Shown here: in pieces, positions 48,331 through 61,700 of the stretch
How the letters are laid out: each line of letters opens with the position of its first letter
Numbering within the stretch: the stretch's first letter is position 1
NCBI GenBank assembly: GCA_965655095.1
Contig: OZ296648.1
Location: 5,394,001 to 5,458,000, forward strand
Direction: 5' to 3'
DNA from: Haplodiscus bocki
Lineage: Eukaryota
Length of the DNA stretch: 64,000 nucleotides
Made by a program: the position numbers and the translations under genes
Notes under the pieces: model-generated
Told to the model about the DNA's origin: nothing
The model's input: the letters and a program-made list of their open reading frames with translations, nothing else
The model's database searches: none

Positions 48331-51300
48331 TGCTTTCGGCAACATGTTCTCCTTGGAAACGCTCGGCTTCACCGATATTTTCTTATTTAACAAAGCTAGC
48401 CTTCCATTGTTGACAAGAAAAATTTCCAGAAATCTGACATTCATTTATTTATTTGAGCAGTTTTTAGATCATTGCTCAAGTTTTGTACAAACATTATCGT
48501 CTCCTAAATTGTTTAAAAAATCTTCACAAAAATTAAATCTAATAAATAAAAAAACATTTGTAGTGGATACAATTCCGCGAATTATTTCAGGGCACCTCGA
48601 TGAACCGCGGCAGCTCAAAGAGATGAGTTCACTTCTGGGAAGCTTCCAGAGTGATTCCGGGAATCACGACTACTCCATGATTGTTTGCTGAAACCGCAAT
48701 GTTGTCTCCTGTGAAGTCTGTTTTCATATTATTAATAGTAAAAATTATTTTTTATAAGTGCAATTCTAAAGAAAGAATCCTTTTTGTTTTGCTCAACCTA
48801 TTTAGTAAAAATCTTACAAGCAAGATTCATGTTCCTTCTTATCTGTTTCTTTGTTCGGAAACTTTTGTTGATAAATCAACGGAAGTGATATAAATTTTGG
48901 CTTCCTGAAAATATTTTCTATTTTCTCTATAAGTTTTAACTGTTGCATAAAAAACTTCATTGCTCCATGATAATCCGCAAGCAACAACAATTGATTTAAG
49001 TAATACTAACAAACCAAATCCTGTAAAAGATAAAGTAACCGAAGGTGAGTTATTACGAAATATAACAGCTTTAGCATCTGATTTTTAACATCCTTCATTC
49101 GATTTAGTGTTTTGGTCTTAGGAATAGGTAAGAAATTGTTTAATTATGATAATTAAATTTTTGACACTAATAGTCAAACCCCTGTGAGGAAAATATGAGA
49201 TATCTACGTTTTCCTAAACTTACGGTATGTCAATCTTTTGTGAAGCCATTATCAATATTAGGACATTAGTGCAAGTTCTATAGCCAAAGTTGCCTTGAGG
49301 TATGAACGCAATTATGTACTATCCCTTACCTTCCCCTCGTGTGGGCGAGATTCGTGTCTTCTGTAAACAACAAATTGTAATAGCTAGAAAATTTTGCTGA
49401 GCAAATTTGAGCGACTTTATCCTTCTAAAACCATTGTGCCGGACCACTTTATTGAGAAAGACAGACTCCAATTAAGACTCTAGGTAACTTTAACCGACGG
49501 TTAAGACACCGGGTTACTCCAATCAGGACAAAATACGCCACTACTAGTGCCCTCTGTAGTGGCCAGACTTATACAATAAAAGTATTAGCGAAAATAAGTT
49601 TTCTTAGGAAAAAAATCAACTTGATGTTTCCCCCTAATTGAACAAAGAAGTTGTATAGACGTAGACGTAAGGACAGATTGAATCAATGGCCAAAACCAAA
49701 TCAATCGGTTACATCAGACCGTCATAACCATCTGACTGTCCTGTATTCAGTATTTTAATTTTTCGTTGGTTTTCATCCAAGCGATGAAAACCTCAAGTAG
49801 AAATCACTAGACTATTAAAAAGACATCATTTTTTTATCGTCATGGTGAAAACAGTTTCATCAGAAGTGCTACTTCCTAACCTCAAGTTGTTTCCTGCTAA
49901 AGTATTCTACATCGTTATTCATCTGCGCAAGGCTATGTTGATTTACTCGTCCCACTCATGAGACACAATGGAACAATAAGATGTGCTATGAGTAAAATGC
50001 ATCGGAGTTCATCCAACTTAGGAATTAACAGCTTCTATACAAATAATAGCAAAAATAGAAATGAACGAAATGATGAAATTTGTGGAAAACCAAAAATGCC
50101 TGAAAGTGACAAAGGAAAACGATGAGACCATCTGGAAAGCAGTAGTGAACGTACCAAATAACCAATTTTTGCCCCTTAGAAGTATTTTACAATAATAATT
50201 GATGTACTTACATGTAATCAGCCATCTTGGGTTCAGTGGAATTAATTGCAATAGAGTAGAAAACTTTACATGTTGTACAAGCTTAGCTCCCATAGTTGCC
50301 GAGCATTTGCGTTCACACCTTGATTAGTTAAATAGAGATAAATTAAATGAGGCAATCCGAACTCACCGATGGTAAAAATTGCGTCCTACCATCGGTCACG
50401 TGATCAGGCAAATCCACCGAGGACCACTGCAACTTTCGTGCAATCAATTGGCTAGTCTTCACGAACGAGAGAACCACTAAGTGTTAGCTACACAATCCTA
50501 AAAGTTTTTCTCTCAGTCGATGTTTTGCTCGCAGTAATCACTAGACTACATTTCGTCACTTTTCGTCAGAATTTGTAAGTCAGCCTATTTCTAGATTCCC
50601 ACATATAGTAAACTTAGAAGTACAACAAAAACAATCGCTAAATTCAAGTCTTGAAACATGAACGCTTACTTTTGGCTCACGCCGAGAACTGAGGAATGGT
50701 AGAAGGTAAAAAAAAGCCACAGACCACAAAATGACTGAAAACTGTAGATTTGAAGATAAGAAGTTAGGTATTTGTCAGGAAACACCGGAAAAGAAGTTTC
50801 CAAAGACCATACTTTGACTCAAAAGACAGTCAACGAACAAAATGAGATTTCCTTGCCCCATTCATAAGCCCACTAGAGAGTATGACTCGGCTGGCACAAG
50901 GGATAGTCACAACACCGCATACGAGCTATTACCCAAATGCCGACTAGTTCCATTTCTGGGGCTGCCAAACTCCAGCGCGACACTTCTTATATCACTTTCT
51001 TGTGAACAAAATTAGCTAAAAGAGCTGCGTTTACCTCTGGCCAACTTCTCAAGTGATTGCAAAAACCATGTTCTTCTGTACAAGTATGCTTGGTTCTTCT
51101 GCACTTTTTTCTTAGTTTTGACGTCTTTTTAGGACATTCTCGTGCGTCAGCTAAAACATTAGTCTTTTTAGAAAAATAATCGTTATTATCTTCAATTTCT
51201 GTAGTTGTAGTTTTACTTTCGTCTTGTAAATTTTTGCTTTTTTGTTTGATAGTTTTTTGTAATTGGTTCAAACGATTCTTCTGCATCATAACAAAAAACA

Positions 51301-51454
51301 TGTCTACCAAAAATTTCTTGTAAAGGTACACGCTTCACTTTTGATTGTTACTCTGCTAATTCATCCAGTTCTCTTAAAGCATCTTAAATTTCAACTGAAA
51401 AAATCATTTTTCCAATCTCTTGACAACGATTCGTTTCTGATTTAGCCTGTCTAT

Positions 51455-52007
51455 ATCTTTCTTTCCTTTCCTTGCAAAAAAAATAATCAACAACACCTCA
51501 TTTTGGATCTGTCAAAAGAAAGATAATTGAATTCTTCCTCTTTCCATTCTTCCCCGCAAAGATAACCAAAATCGTCCTAACTGATATCAATTCCAGCATT
51601 AACTCTAAATCAATTTGCACATACTTCCCATATCGGCAAATGAACGTAACATACAAATTTGTCGGAGTAAAAATTCTATGTTAAGTTTTTTACTGTTTCC
51701 TCGTTCACTAAAACAGAAAAGAATTGGATTGAATAGTTTATATCTGAGTCTTTATGAGGTTCTTTTTGGGAAAATCGATCAAATTTGCTCTTTAAGATGT
51801 GACACCTCACCAAATAGGACAATACCTTTTTTTTTATTCTTCGTAAACTAAAACTTCTTTTGTTGCTTCAATGCCTTCATAATTGTCAGGAGATCTGGTT
51901 AGTATGAATAAAACTCTATCAATTACGTTTTTCTTTTTGTTCAAAAAATGTAAAGTTTCCCAGAAAAGAATGATCTGCACCTAATTTTATCCTATTATTT
52001 ACAGGTT
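51455..52007 (-). pseudogene. Packaging ATPase pseudogene, copy 2
   Basis: Duplicate of 47780-48330. Confidence 0.6.
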
Positions 52008-55000
52008 TGCTTTCGGCAACATGTTCTCCTTGGAAACGCTCGGCTTCACCGATATTTTCTTATTTAACAAAGCTAGCCTTCCATTGTTGACAAGAAAAAT
52101 TTCCAGAAATCTGACATGCATTTATTTATTTGAGCAGTTTTTAGATCATTGTTCAAGTTTTGTACAAACATTATCGTCTCCTAAATTGTTCAAAAAATCT
52201 TCACAAAAATTAAATCTAATAAATAAAAAAACATTTGTAGTTGATACAATTCCGCGAATTATTTCAGGGCAGCTCGATGAACCACGGCAGCTCAAAGAGA
52301 TGCGTTCACTTCTGGGAAGCTTCCAGAGTGATTCCGGGAATCACGACTACTCCATGATTGTTTGCTGAAACCGCAATGTTGTCTCCTGTGAAGTTTGTTT
52401 TCATATTATTAATAGTAAAAATTATTTTTTATAAGTTCAATTCTAAAAAAAAGAATCCTTTTTGTTTTGCTCAGCCTATTTAGTAAAAATCTTACAAGCA
52501 AGATTCATGTTCCTTCTTATCTGTTTCTTTGTTCGGAAACTTTTGTTGATAAATCAACGGAAGTGATATAAATTTTGGCTTCCTGAAAATATTTTCTATT
52601 TTCTCTATAAGTTTTAACTGTTGCATAAAAAACTTCATTGCTCCATGATAATCCGCAAGCAACAACAATTGATTTAAGTAATACTAACAAACCAAATCCT
52701 GTAAAAGATAAAGTAACCGAAGGTGAGTTATTACGAAATATAACAGCTTTAGCATCTGATTTTTAACATCCTTCATTCGATTTAGTGTTTTGGTCTTAGG
52801 AATAGGTAAGAAATTGTTTAATTATGATAATTAAATTTTTGACACTAATAGTCAAACCCCTGTGAGGAAAATATGAGATGTCTACGTTTTCCTAAACTTA
52901 CGGTATGTCAATCTTTTGTGAAGCCATTATCATTATTAGGACATTAGTGCAAGTTCTATAGCCAAAGCTGCCTTGAGGTATGAACGCAATTATGTACTTC
53001 CCCTTACCTTCCCCTCGTGTGGGCGAGATTCGTGTCTTCTGTAAACAACAAATTGTAATAGCTAGAAAATTTTGCTGAGCAAATTAAAGCGACTTTATCC
53101 TTCTAAAACCATTGTGCCGGACCACTTTATTGAGAAAGACAGACTCCAATTAAGACTCTAGGTAACTTTAACCGACGGTTAAGACACCGGGTTACTCCAA
53201 TCAGGACAAAATACGCCACTACTAGTGCCCTCTGTAGTGGCCAGACTTATACAATAATACTATTAGCGAAAATAAGTTTTCTTAGGAAAAAAATCAACTT
53301 GATGTTTCCCCCTAATTGAACAAAGAAGTTGTATAGACGTAGACGTAAGGACAGATTGAATCAATGGCCAAAACCAAATCAATCGGTTACATCAGACCGT
53401 CATAACCATCTGACTGTCCTGTATTCAGTATTTTAATTTTTCGTTGGTTTTCATCCAAGCGATGAAAACCTCAAGTAGAAATCACTAGACTATTAAAAAG
53501 ACATCATTTTTTTATCGTCATGGTGAAAACAGTTTCATCAGAAGTGCTACTTCCTAACCTCAAGTTGTTTCCTGCTAAAGTATTCTACATCGTTATTCAT
53601 CTGCGCAAGGCTATGTTGATTTACTCGTCCCACTCATGAGACACAATGGAACAATAAGATGTGCTATGAGTAAAATGCATCGGAGTTCATCCAACTTAGG
53701 AATTAACAGCTTCTATACAAGTAATAGCAAAAATAGAAATGAACGAAATGATGAAATTTGTGGAAAACCAAAAATGCCTGAAAGTGACAAAGGAAAACGA
53801 TGAGACCATCTGGAAAGCAGTAGTGAACGTACCAAATAACCAATTTTTGCCCCTTAGAAGTATTTTACAATAATAATTGATGTACTTACATGTAATCAGC
53901 CATCTTGGGTTCAGTGGAATTAATTGCAATAGAGTAGAAAACTTTACATGTTGTACAAGCTTAGCTCCCATAGTTGCCGAGCATTTGCGTTCACACCTTG
54001 ATTAGTTAAATAGAGATAAATTAAATGAGGCAATCCGAACTCACCGATGGTAAAAATTGCGTCCTACCATCGGTCACGTGATCAGGCAAATCCACCGAGG
54101 ACCACTGCAACTTTCGTGCAATCAATTGGCTAGTCTTCACGAACGAGAGAACCACTAAGTGTTAGCTACACAATCCTAAAAGTTTTTCTCTCAGTCGATG
54201 TTTTGCTCGCAGTAATCACTAGACTACATTTCGTCACTTTTCGTCAGAATTTGTAAGTCAGCCTATTTCTAGATTCCCACATATAGTAAACTTAGAAGTA
54301 CAACAAAAACAATCGCTAAATTCAAGTCTTGAAACATGAACGCTTACTTTTGGCTCACGCCGAGAACTGAGGAATGGTAGAAGGTTTAAAAAAGACACAG
54401 ACCACAAAATGACTGAAAACTGTAGATTTGAAGATAAGAAGTTAGGTATTTGTCAAGAAACACCGGAAAAGAAGTTTCCAAAGACCATACTTTGACTCAA
54501 AAGACAGTCAACGAACAAAATGAGATTTCCTTGCCCCATTCATAAGCCCACTAGAGAGTATGACTCGGCTGGTTCAAGGGATAGTCACAACACCGCATAC
54601 GAGCTATTACCCAAATGCCGACTAGTTCCATTTCTGGAAGTGCCAAACTCCAGCGCGACACTTCTTATATCACTTTCTTGTGAACAAAATTAGCTAAAAG
54701 AGCTGCGTTTACCTCTGGCCAACTTCTCATGTGATTTCAAAAACCATGTTCGCACCTCCAGTAAAGTATACTTTCAGGATTTTATAACCCATAAAAATCT
54801 TCATGACTTTATCTCCGAAAACGAATCTTCTTCATTTTCATTAACGCATTTAGTGAAAAAATTTCACACGGGATCATTTCTCATTTTTCATCGATTATAT
54901 TATATGGCAAATTTTTTCTTCAGAAAGTATCAAAAAAATGTCAATAGTTTGTTTTACTTTCTCATAATAAATTTTTCACCTATTTTTTTATATCGATCTC

Positions 55001-55337
55001 ATATAAGACTGTATTACAGAACGATAATCAACAAGCAACACCAACTGATAATAGTTTCACCATCAAACCAAATGTTTAAAAAGATATTGTAATGCAGAAC
55101 GAATTTGCGGCAAGAAAAACAATCGAGTATCCTTGTTTTAGTGTTGTAGATTACTTTTTTTCTGTCCGTTTTTATTTGTTGTTTTCGTGTTTGGAAAATG
55201 TTCAAATTTGTTTAATGTTATCAATACAATTGCTGAGTTTGTTTATGCCATTTTTCTCCTGTATAAAAAATAATTAACTCAACATTACAATCAGTTATGG
55301 TCGAGCAGATAGTTTTAACTTAGTCCTATTCATTATT

Positions 55338-55664
55338 CTACAAAAGTTTCCCAAGACCTGATCCTATACCAGTAAGATAAGTCATTATGACATCTGGAAT
55401 AGTAGACAGAGTTGCTTTAGGATTTCTAGACACTGTCGCACTACAAATTTTGGTCCTACTTCCAACACTCTTCCAGGACATTTCATCACCTACTTTCTTA
55501 CCTGCCTTAGCAGAAGCTCTCCCTATATGTTTCAAAAGATGACCCAGTCGTTCAGCTTCATATGTAGTAGAAAGAACAACTAATTGTTTACTTCTATCAG
55601 AAAATATACAGTTTCCGAAGAAAAGCCTTCTACCAATTTCAGTTGCATCAGCTTGGATTTTCAT
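55338..55664 (-). pseudogene. Small basic Polinton-associated protein (amphipathic EAERLGHLLKHIG..; core or membrane-lytic protein-like)
   Basis: 108-aa basic ORF ..TYEAERLGHLLKHIGRASAKAGKK..SRNPKATLSTIPDVI..TGIGSGLGKLL in Polinton context; function is inferred. Confidence 0.35.
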
Positions 55665-55761
55665 TGTACCAGAAGAATGAGATCCGCTAAAACTGTCGTT
55701 AACAGCCCTTGATTTTCTTTATATAGCATTCAATAAACTTGCCAGCAAACATTTTAGGCTG

Positions 55762-58700
55762 TTGTTGCCAAGATTGGGAAGTTTGAAGGTATTGCAAAAA
55801 ATGCCAAGTTTGCCAAATAAGCCAAAATTGCCAAGAATGCGAAGATTGCCAACTTTGCCAGGATTGCCAGGACTGCCAAAGTTGCCAAGGTAGCCGAGAT
55901 TGCCGAAATTGCCAAGATTGACAAATTTTCAAAGAGTGCCAAGATAGCCAAGATTGTCGAAGTTGCAAAGATTGCCGTGGCTGCCCATCTTGCCGAGACG
56001 AAGAGATTGCCAAAATTACCAAACTTGGCGAGATTTCCAGGATTGCCGTGAACGCAAATATAGCCATTCTTGCAAAGATTGCCACGATTGCCGAAAAAAC
56101 CAAGATTGTCAGGATTGCCAATACTACCAGGATTTCCAAAATCGATAGATTGTGAAGATTGCCAAGAATGCCAAAAATGTAAACGTTCAATGTTTGCCAA
56201 TTTGGGCAAGAGTGCTGAAAATGTCTAGATTGCCAGTATTGCCAAGATTGCCAAAAGTGCCGAGTTTTCCCAGAGTGCTCAGATTGCCATTATTGCCGAA
56301 GTTACAGAAGATTGCCAAAGTTTCCCATATTGCTGAGTTGCCGATGTTAAGGAAAGTACCAAAGTTGGCAAGATTTCCAGAATTGTGGTGAATACCAATA
56401 TATGCAAAATTGACAAGAGTGACAGGATTGCCGAAGAAGCCAAGATTGCCAAGATTGCCATTCTTACCAAGATTTCCGAGATTGGCGAGTTTGCCAAGAT
56501 TGACAAGAGTGCCAAATTTTTCAATATTGCCAAAATTGCCCAGATTTCCAAGTTTGTCAAGAATGTCAAGATTACCAGGGTTGCCAAGAACGTCAAGATT
56601 GCAAGGATTGTCAAGATGCCGAGATTGCTGGAATTTCCAAGATTGCCAAGATTGCCGAAGTTACCAAGATTGCCAAAGTTTCCCATATTGCTGAGTTGCC
56701 GATGTTAAGGAAAGTACCAAAGTTGGTAAGATTTCCCGGATTGTGGTGAATACCAATATATGCAAAATTGACAAGAGTGACAGGATTGCCGAAAAAGCCA
56801 AGATTGCCAAGATTGCCATTATTACCAAGATTTCCAAGATTGGCGAGTTTGCCAAGATTGACAAGAGTGCCAATTTTTTCAATATTGTCAATATTGCCAA
56901 GATTGCCAAGTTTGCCCGTATATTCAGAATTGTCAATCGTACCAAAAGTGCCGAGATTGCCCAGAGTGCGCATATTGCCAAGATTGCCGAGGTTTCCAAG
57001 ATTGCCAAAGTTGCCCAATTTGCCGAGATGCCGAGATTGCCAAAATTGCCAAGATTTCCAAGTTTGTCAAGATTGTCAAGATTACCAGGGTTGCCAAGAA
57101 TGTCAAGATTGCCAGGATAGTCAAGATGCCGAGATTGCCAAAATTGCCAAGATTGGCAAGATTGCCGACGTTGCCAAGATTGCAAAGTTGGCCCAATTTG
57201 CCAAGATGCCGATATTGCCGAAAACGCCCAGACTTCCAAGTTTGCCAATATTGTCAAGATTGACCAGACTGACAAAAACGTCAAGATTCGATGATTGCTA
57301 AACTGGCCGAAAGTTCCAAATCTATCAAGATTGCCAATATTGCCAAGATTTTCAAGATTGCCAAGATTGCCAAGATGTCGAGATTGCCGAAATTGCAATG
57401 ACTGAAAATGTTTCCAAGAGTGCCAAGATTGCCAAGCTTACCGAGGTTGCCAAGAATGCCTTGTTTGCGCATATTGCCAAGATTCCCTCATGGCCGAAGT
57501 TCCCTAGATTTCCAAGCCTTCCAAGATCGTCAAGATTCGATGATTGCTAAACTGGCCAAGAGTGCCAAAATTATCAAAATTGCCAATATTACCGAGATTG
57601 CTAAGATTGCCAGGATGTCGAGATTGCCGAAAATGCCTAGACTGAAAATTTTTCCAAGAGTGCCAATATTGCCAATGTTGACGAGTTTGCCAAGATTGCC
57701 AAGGTTGCGCAAAATGCTGAGATGCCGAGAATAACGAATATAGCAGAAATGCCAAGAGTGCCAAGATTGCCGAAAAAGACAAGATTGCCAAGATTGCAAT
57801 TATCACCAAGATTTCCAAGATTGACAAGATTGTCAAGATTGACAAGACTGCCAAATTTGTCAAGATTGCCAAAATTGCCAAGATTGCCAAGATTACCGAG
57901 GTTGCCGAGATTGCCAAAGTTGTCCATAGTGCCGAGATGCCGAGAGTGCCAAAAAAACCAAAATTTACACGATTGCCATGATAGCCAAATTGCCAAGATT
58001 GCCGAAAATGTCAAGAATGCCAAGATTGCCAGGCTTTCCAATTTTGCCCAAGTTTCCATGAGCGCCATGCTTGTCAAAGTTGCCAATATTGCCGAAATTG
58101 CTAAGATTGCCAGGATGTCGAGATTGCCGAAAATGCCTAGACTGAAAATTTTTCCAAGAGTGCCAAGACTGCCAAGGTTGACGAGTTTGCCAAGATTTCC
58201 AAGGTTGAGCAAAATGCTGAGATGCCGAGAATAACGAATATAGCAGAAATGCCAAGAGTGCCAAGATTGCCAGGCTTTCCAGTTTTGCCCAAGTTTCCAT
58301 GAGTGCCATGCTTGTCAATAATGCCAAGATTGCCAAGTTCGTCCATTTATCCAATATTGCCATCCTTGCCAAAAGTGCCGAGATTGCCCACACTACGCAG
58401 ATTGCCAAGACTGCCGAGGTTGCCAAGGTTGCCAAAGTTGCCCATATTGCCTAGATTCCGAAATAGCCGAAAATACAGACTTTGGCAAAATGGCCAAGAT
58501 TGCCATGATAGACCAAAATGCCAAGAAGGCCAAGTTTGCCAAAAATGGGAAGACTGCCAGGATTGCCAGGATTTCCAATATTGACAATGTTTCCAAGAAT
58601 GCCAAGATTTTCAAGGTTGCCAAGACTGCCAAAAAGGTTGAAATTCCATGATTTCTAAGTTGGTCCAGAGTGTCGAAACTGCAAGATTTGCCGCCTTTGC

Positions 58701-61700
58701 GAAGAATACCAATTTTCCCCATATTGCCAAGATGTCGAAATTGCCAAAATTGCCAAGATTTCCAAGTTTGTCAAGATTGTCAAGATTACAAGTTTTGCCA
58801 AGAATGTCAAGATTGCAAGGATTGTCAAGATGCCGAGACTGCCGAAATTTCCAAGATTGCCAAGATTGCCGAGGTTGCGAAGATTGCAAAGTTGGCCCAA
58901 TTTGCCAAGAAGCCGATATTGCCGAAAATGCCTAGACTTCCAAGTTTAGCAATATTGTCAAGATTGACAAGACTGCCAAAATTGTTAAGATTCGATTATG
59001 GCTAAACTGGCCAAAATTGCCAAATTTATCAAGATTGCCAATATTGCCAAGATAGCCAAGATGTCGAGATTGCCGAAAATGCGTTGACTGAAAATGTTTC
59101 CAAGAGTGCCAAGATTGCAAAGCTTACCGAGGTTGCCAAGAATGCCATGTTTGCCCATTTTGCCAAGAAGCCGTCATTGCCGAAGTTCCCTAGACTCACA
59201 AGTTTGCCAAGATCGTCAAGATTCGCTGATTGCTAAACTGGCCAAGAGTGCCAAAAATGCCAAGATTGCCAAAGTTGCCCATATTGCCGAGATTCCGAGA
59301 TAGCCGAAAATACCAACTTTGGCAAAATAGCCAAGATTGCCATGGTAGACGAAAATGCCAAGAAGGCCAAGTTTGCCGAAAATGGGAAGACGGCCAAGAT
59401 CGCCAGAATTTCCAATATCGTCAATGTTTCCAGGAATGCCAAGATTTTCAAGGTTGCCAAAACTGCCAAAATGGTTGAAATTCCATGATTTCTAAGTTGG
59501 TCCAGACTGCCGAAACTGCAAGAGTTGCCGCTTTTGCGAAAAATGCCAATTATTCCCATTTTGCCAAGATGCCGAGATTGCCGAAATTGCCAAGTTTGCC
59601 AAAATTTCCGACGTTGCCAAGATTGCAAAGTTCGACCAATTTGCCAAGATGCCGATATTGCCGAAAATGCCTACACTTCCAAGTTTGCCAATATTGTCAA
59701 GATTGACAAGACTGCCAAAAACGTCAAGATTCGATGATTGCTAAACTGGCCAAAAGTGCCAAACTTGTCAAAATTGCCGAAATTACCGAGATTGCTAAGA
59801 TTGCCAGGATGTCGAGATTGCCGAAAATGCCTAGACTGAAAATTTTTCCAAGAGTACCAAGCTTGCCAAGGTTGCGCAAAATGCTAAGATGCCGAGAATA
59901 ATGAATATAGCAGAAATGCCAAGAGTGCCAAGATTGCCGAAAAAGCCAAGATTGCCAAGATTGCCATTATCACCAAGATTTCCAAGTTTGGCAAGGCTGC
60001 CAAAATTGTCAAAGTTCGATGATTGCTAAACTGGCCAAGAGTGCCAAAAATGCCAAGATTGCCAAAGTTGCCCATATTGCCGAGATTCCGAGATAGCCGA
60101 AAATACCAACTTTGGCAAAATAGCCAAGATTGCCATGGTAGACGAAAATGCCAAGAAGGCCAAGTTTGCCGAAAATGGGAAGACGGCCAAGATCGCCAGA
60201 ATTTCCAATATCGTCAATGTTTCCAGGAATGCCAAGATTTTCAAGGTTGCCAAAACTGCCAAAATGGTTGAAATTCCATGATTTCTAAGTTGGTCCAGAC
60301 TGCCGAAACTGCAAGAGTTGCCGCTTTTGCGAAAAATGCCAATTTTTCCCATTTTGCCAAGATGCCGAGATTGCCGAAATTGCCAAGTTTGCCAAAATTT
60401 CCGACGTTGCCAAGATTGCAAAGTTCGACCAATTTGCCAAGATGCCGATATTGCCGAAAATGCCTACACTTCCAAGTTTGCCAATATTGTCAAGATTGAC
60501 AAGACTGCCAAAAACGTCAAGATTCGATGATTGCTAAACTGGCCAAAAGTGCCAAACTTGTCAAAATTGCCGAAATTACCGAGATTGCTAAGATTGCCAG
60601 GATGTCGAGATTGCCGAAAATGCCTAGACTGAAAATTTTTCCAAGAGTACCAAGCTTGCCAAGGTTGCGCAAAATGCTAAGATGCCGAGAATAACGAATA
60701 TAGCAGAAATGCCAAGAGTGCCAAGATTGCCGAAAAAGCCAAGATTGCCAAGATTGCCATTATCACCAAGATTTCCAAGTTTGGCAAGGCTGCCAAAATT
60801 GTCAAAGTTCGATGATTGCTAAACTGGCCTAGAGTGCCAAATTTTTCAAGATTGCCAAAACTGCCAAGATTGCCAAGATTACCGAGGTTGCCGAGATTGC
60901 CAAAATTGTCCATAGTGCCGAGATGCCGAGAGTGCCGAAAAAACCAAAATTTACACGATTGCCATGATAGCCAAATTGCCAAGAAGGCCAAGTTTGCCGA
61001 AAATAGGAAGAGAGCCAGGATTGCCAGAACTTCCAATATTGTCAATGTTTCCAAGGATGCCAAGATTTTCAAGGTTGCCAAGACTGCCAAAATTGCCAAG
61101 ATTCGATTATTGCTAAACTGGCCAAAATTGCCAAATTTATCAAGATTGCCAATATTGCCAAGATTGCCAAGATGTCGAGATTGCCGAAATTGCGTTGACT
61201 GAAAATGTTTCCAAGATTGCCAAGATTGCCGAGCTTACCGAGGTTGCCAAGAATGCCATGTTTGCGCATATTGCCAAGATGCCGTCATCGCCGAAGTTCC
61301 CTAGATTGCCATGTTTGCCAAGATCGTCAAGATTCGCTGATTGCTAAACTGGCCAAGAGTGCCAAAAATGCCAAAGTTGCCAAAGTTGCCCATATTGCCG
61401 AGATTCCGAGATAGCCGAAAATACCAACTTTGGCAAAATGGCCAAGATTGCCATGGTAGACGAAAATGCCAAGAAGGCCAAGTTTGCCGAAAATGGGAAG
61501 ACGGCCAAGATCGCCAGGATTTCCAATATCGTCAAGGTTTCCAGGAATGCCAAGAATTTCAAGGTTGCCAAAACTGCCAAAATGGTTGAAATTCCATGAT
61601 TTCTAAAATGTTCCAGAGTGCCGAAACTGCAAGAGTTGCCGCTTTTGCGAAGAATGCCAATTATTCCCATTTTGCCAAGATGCCGAGATTGCCGAAATTG

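Larger units (their letters stand above)
47407..54751. repeat. Recent head-to-tail tandem duplication, unit ~3675 bp (47407-51073 and 51082-54751)
   Basis: Paired near-identical ORFs (48344/52021, 50018/53696, 47588/51263). The junction carries 8 extra bases, TTCTGTAC (51074-51081). Confidence 0.95.
37400..55750. mobile_element. Scrambled Polinton/Maverick (adintovirus-like) remnants from at least two copies
   Basis: Decayed retroviral-like integrase, protein-primed PolB (twice), packaging ATPase and capsid-like sequences occur together in very AT-rich DNA. No intact TIR pair was found. Confidence 0.8.
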
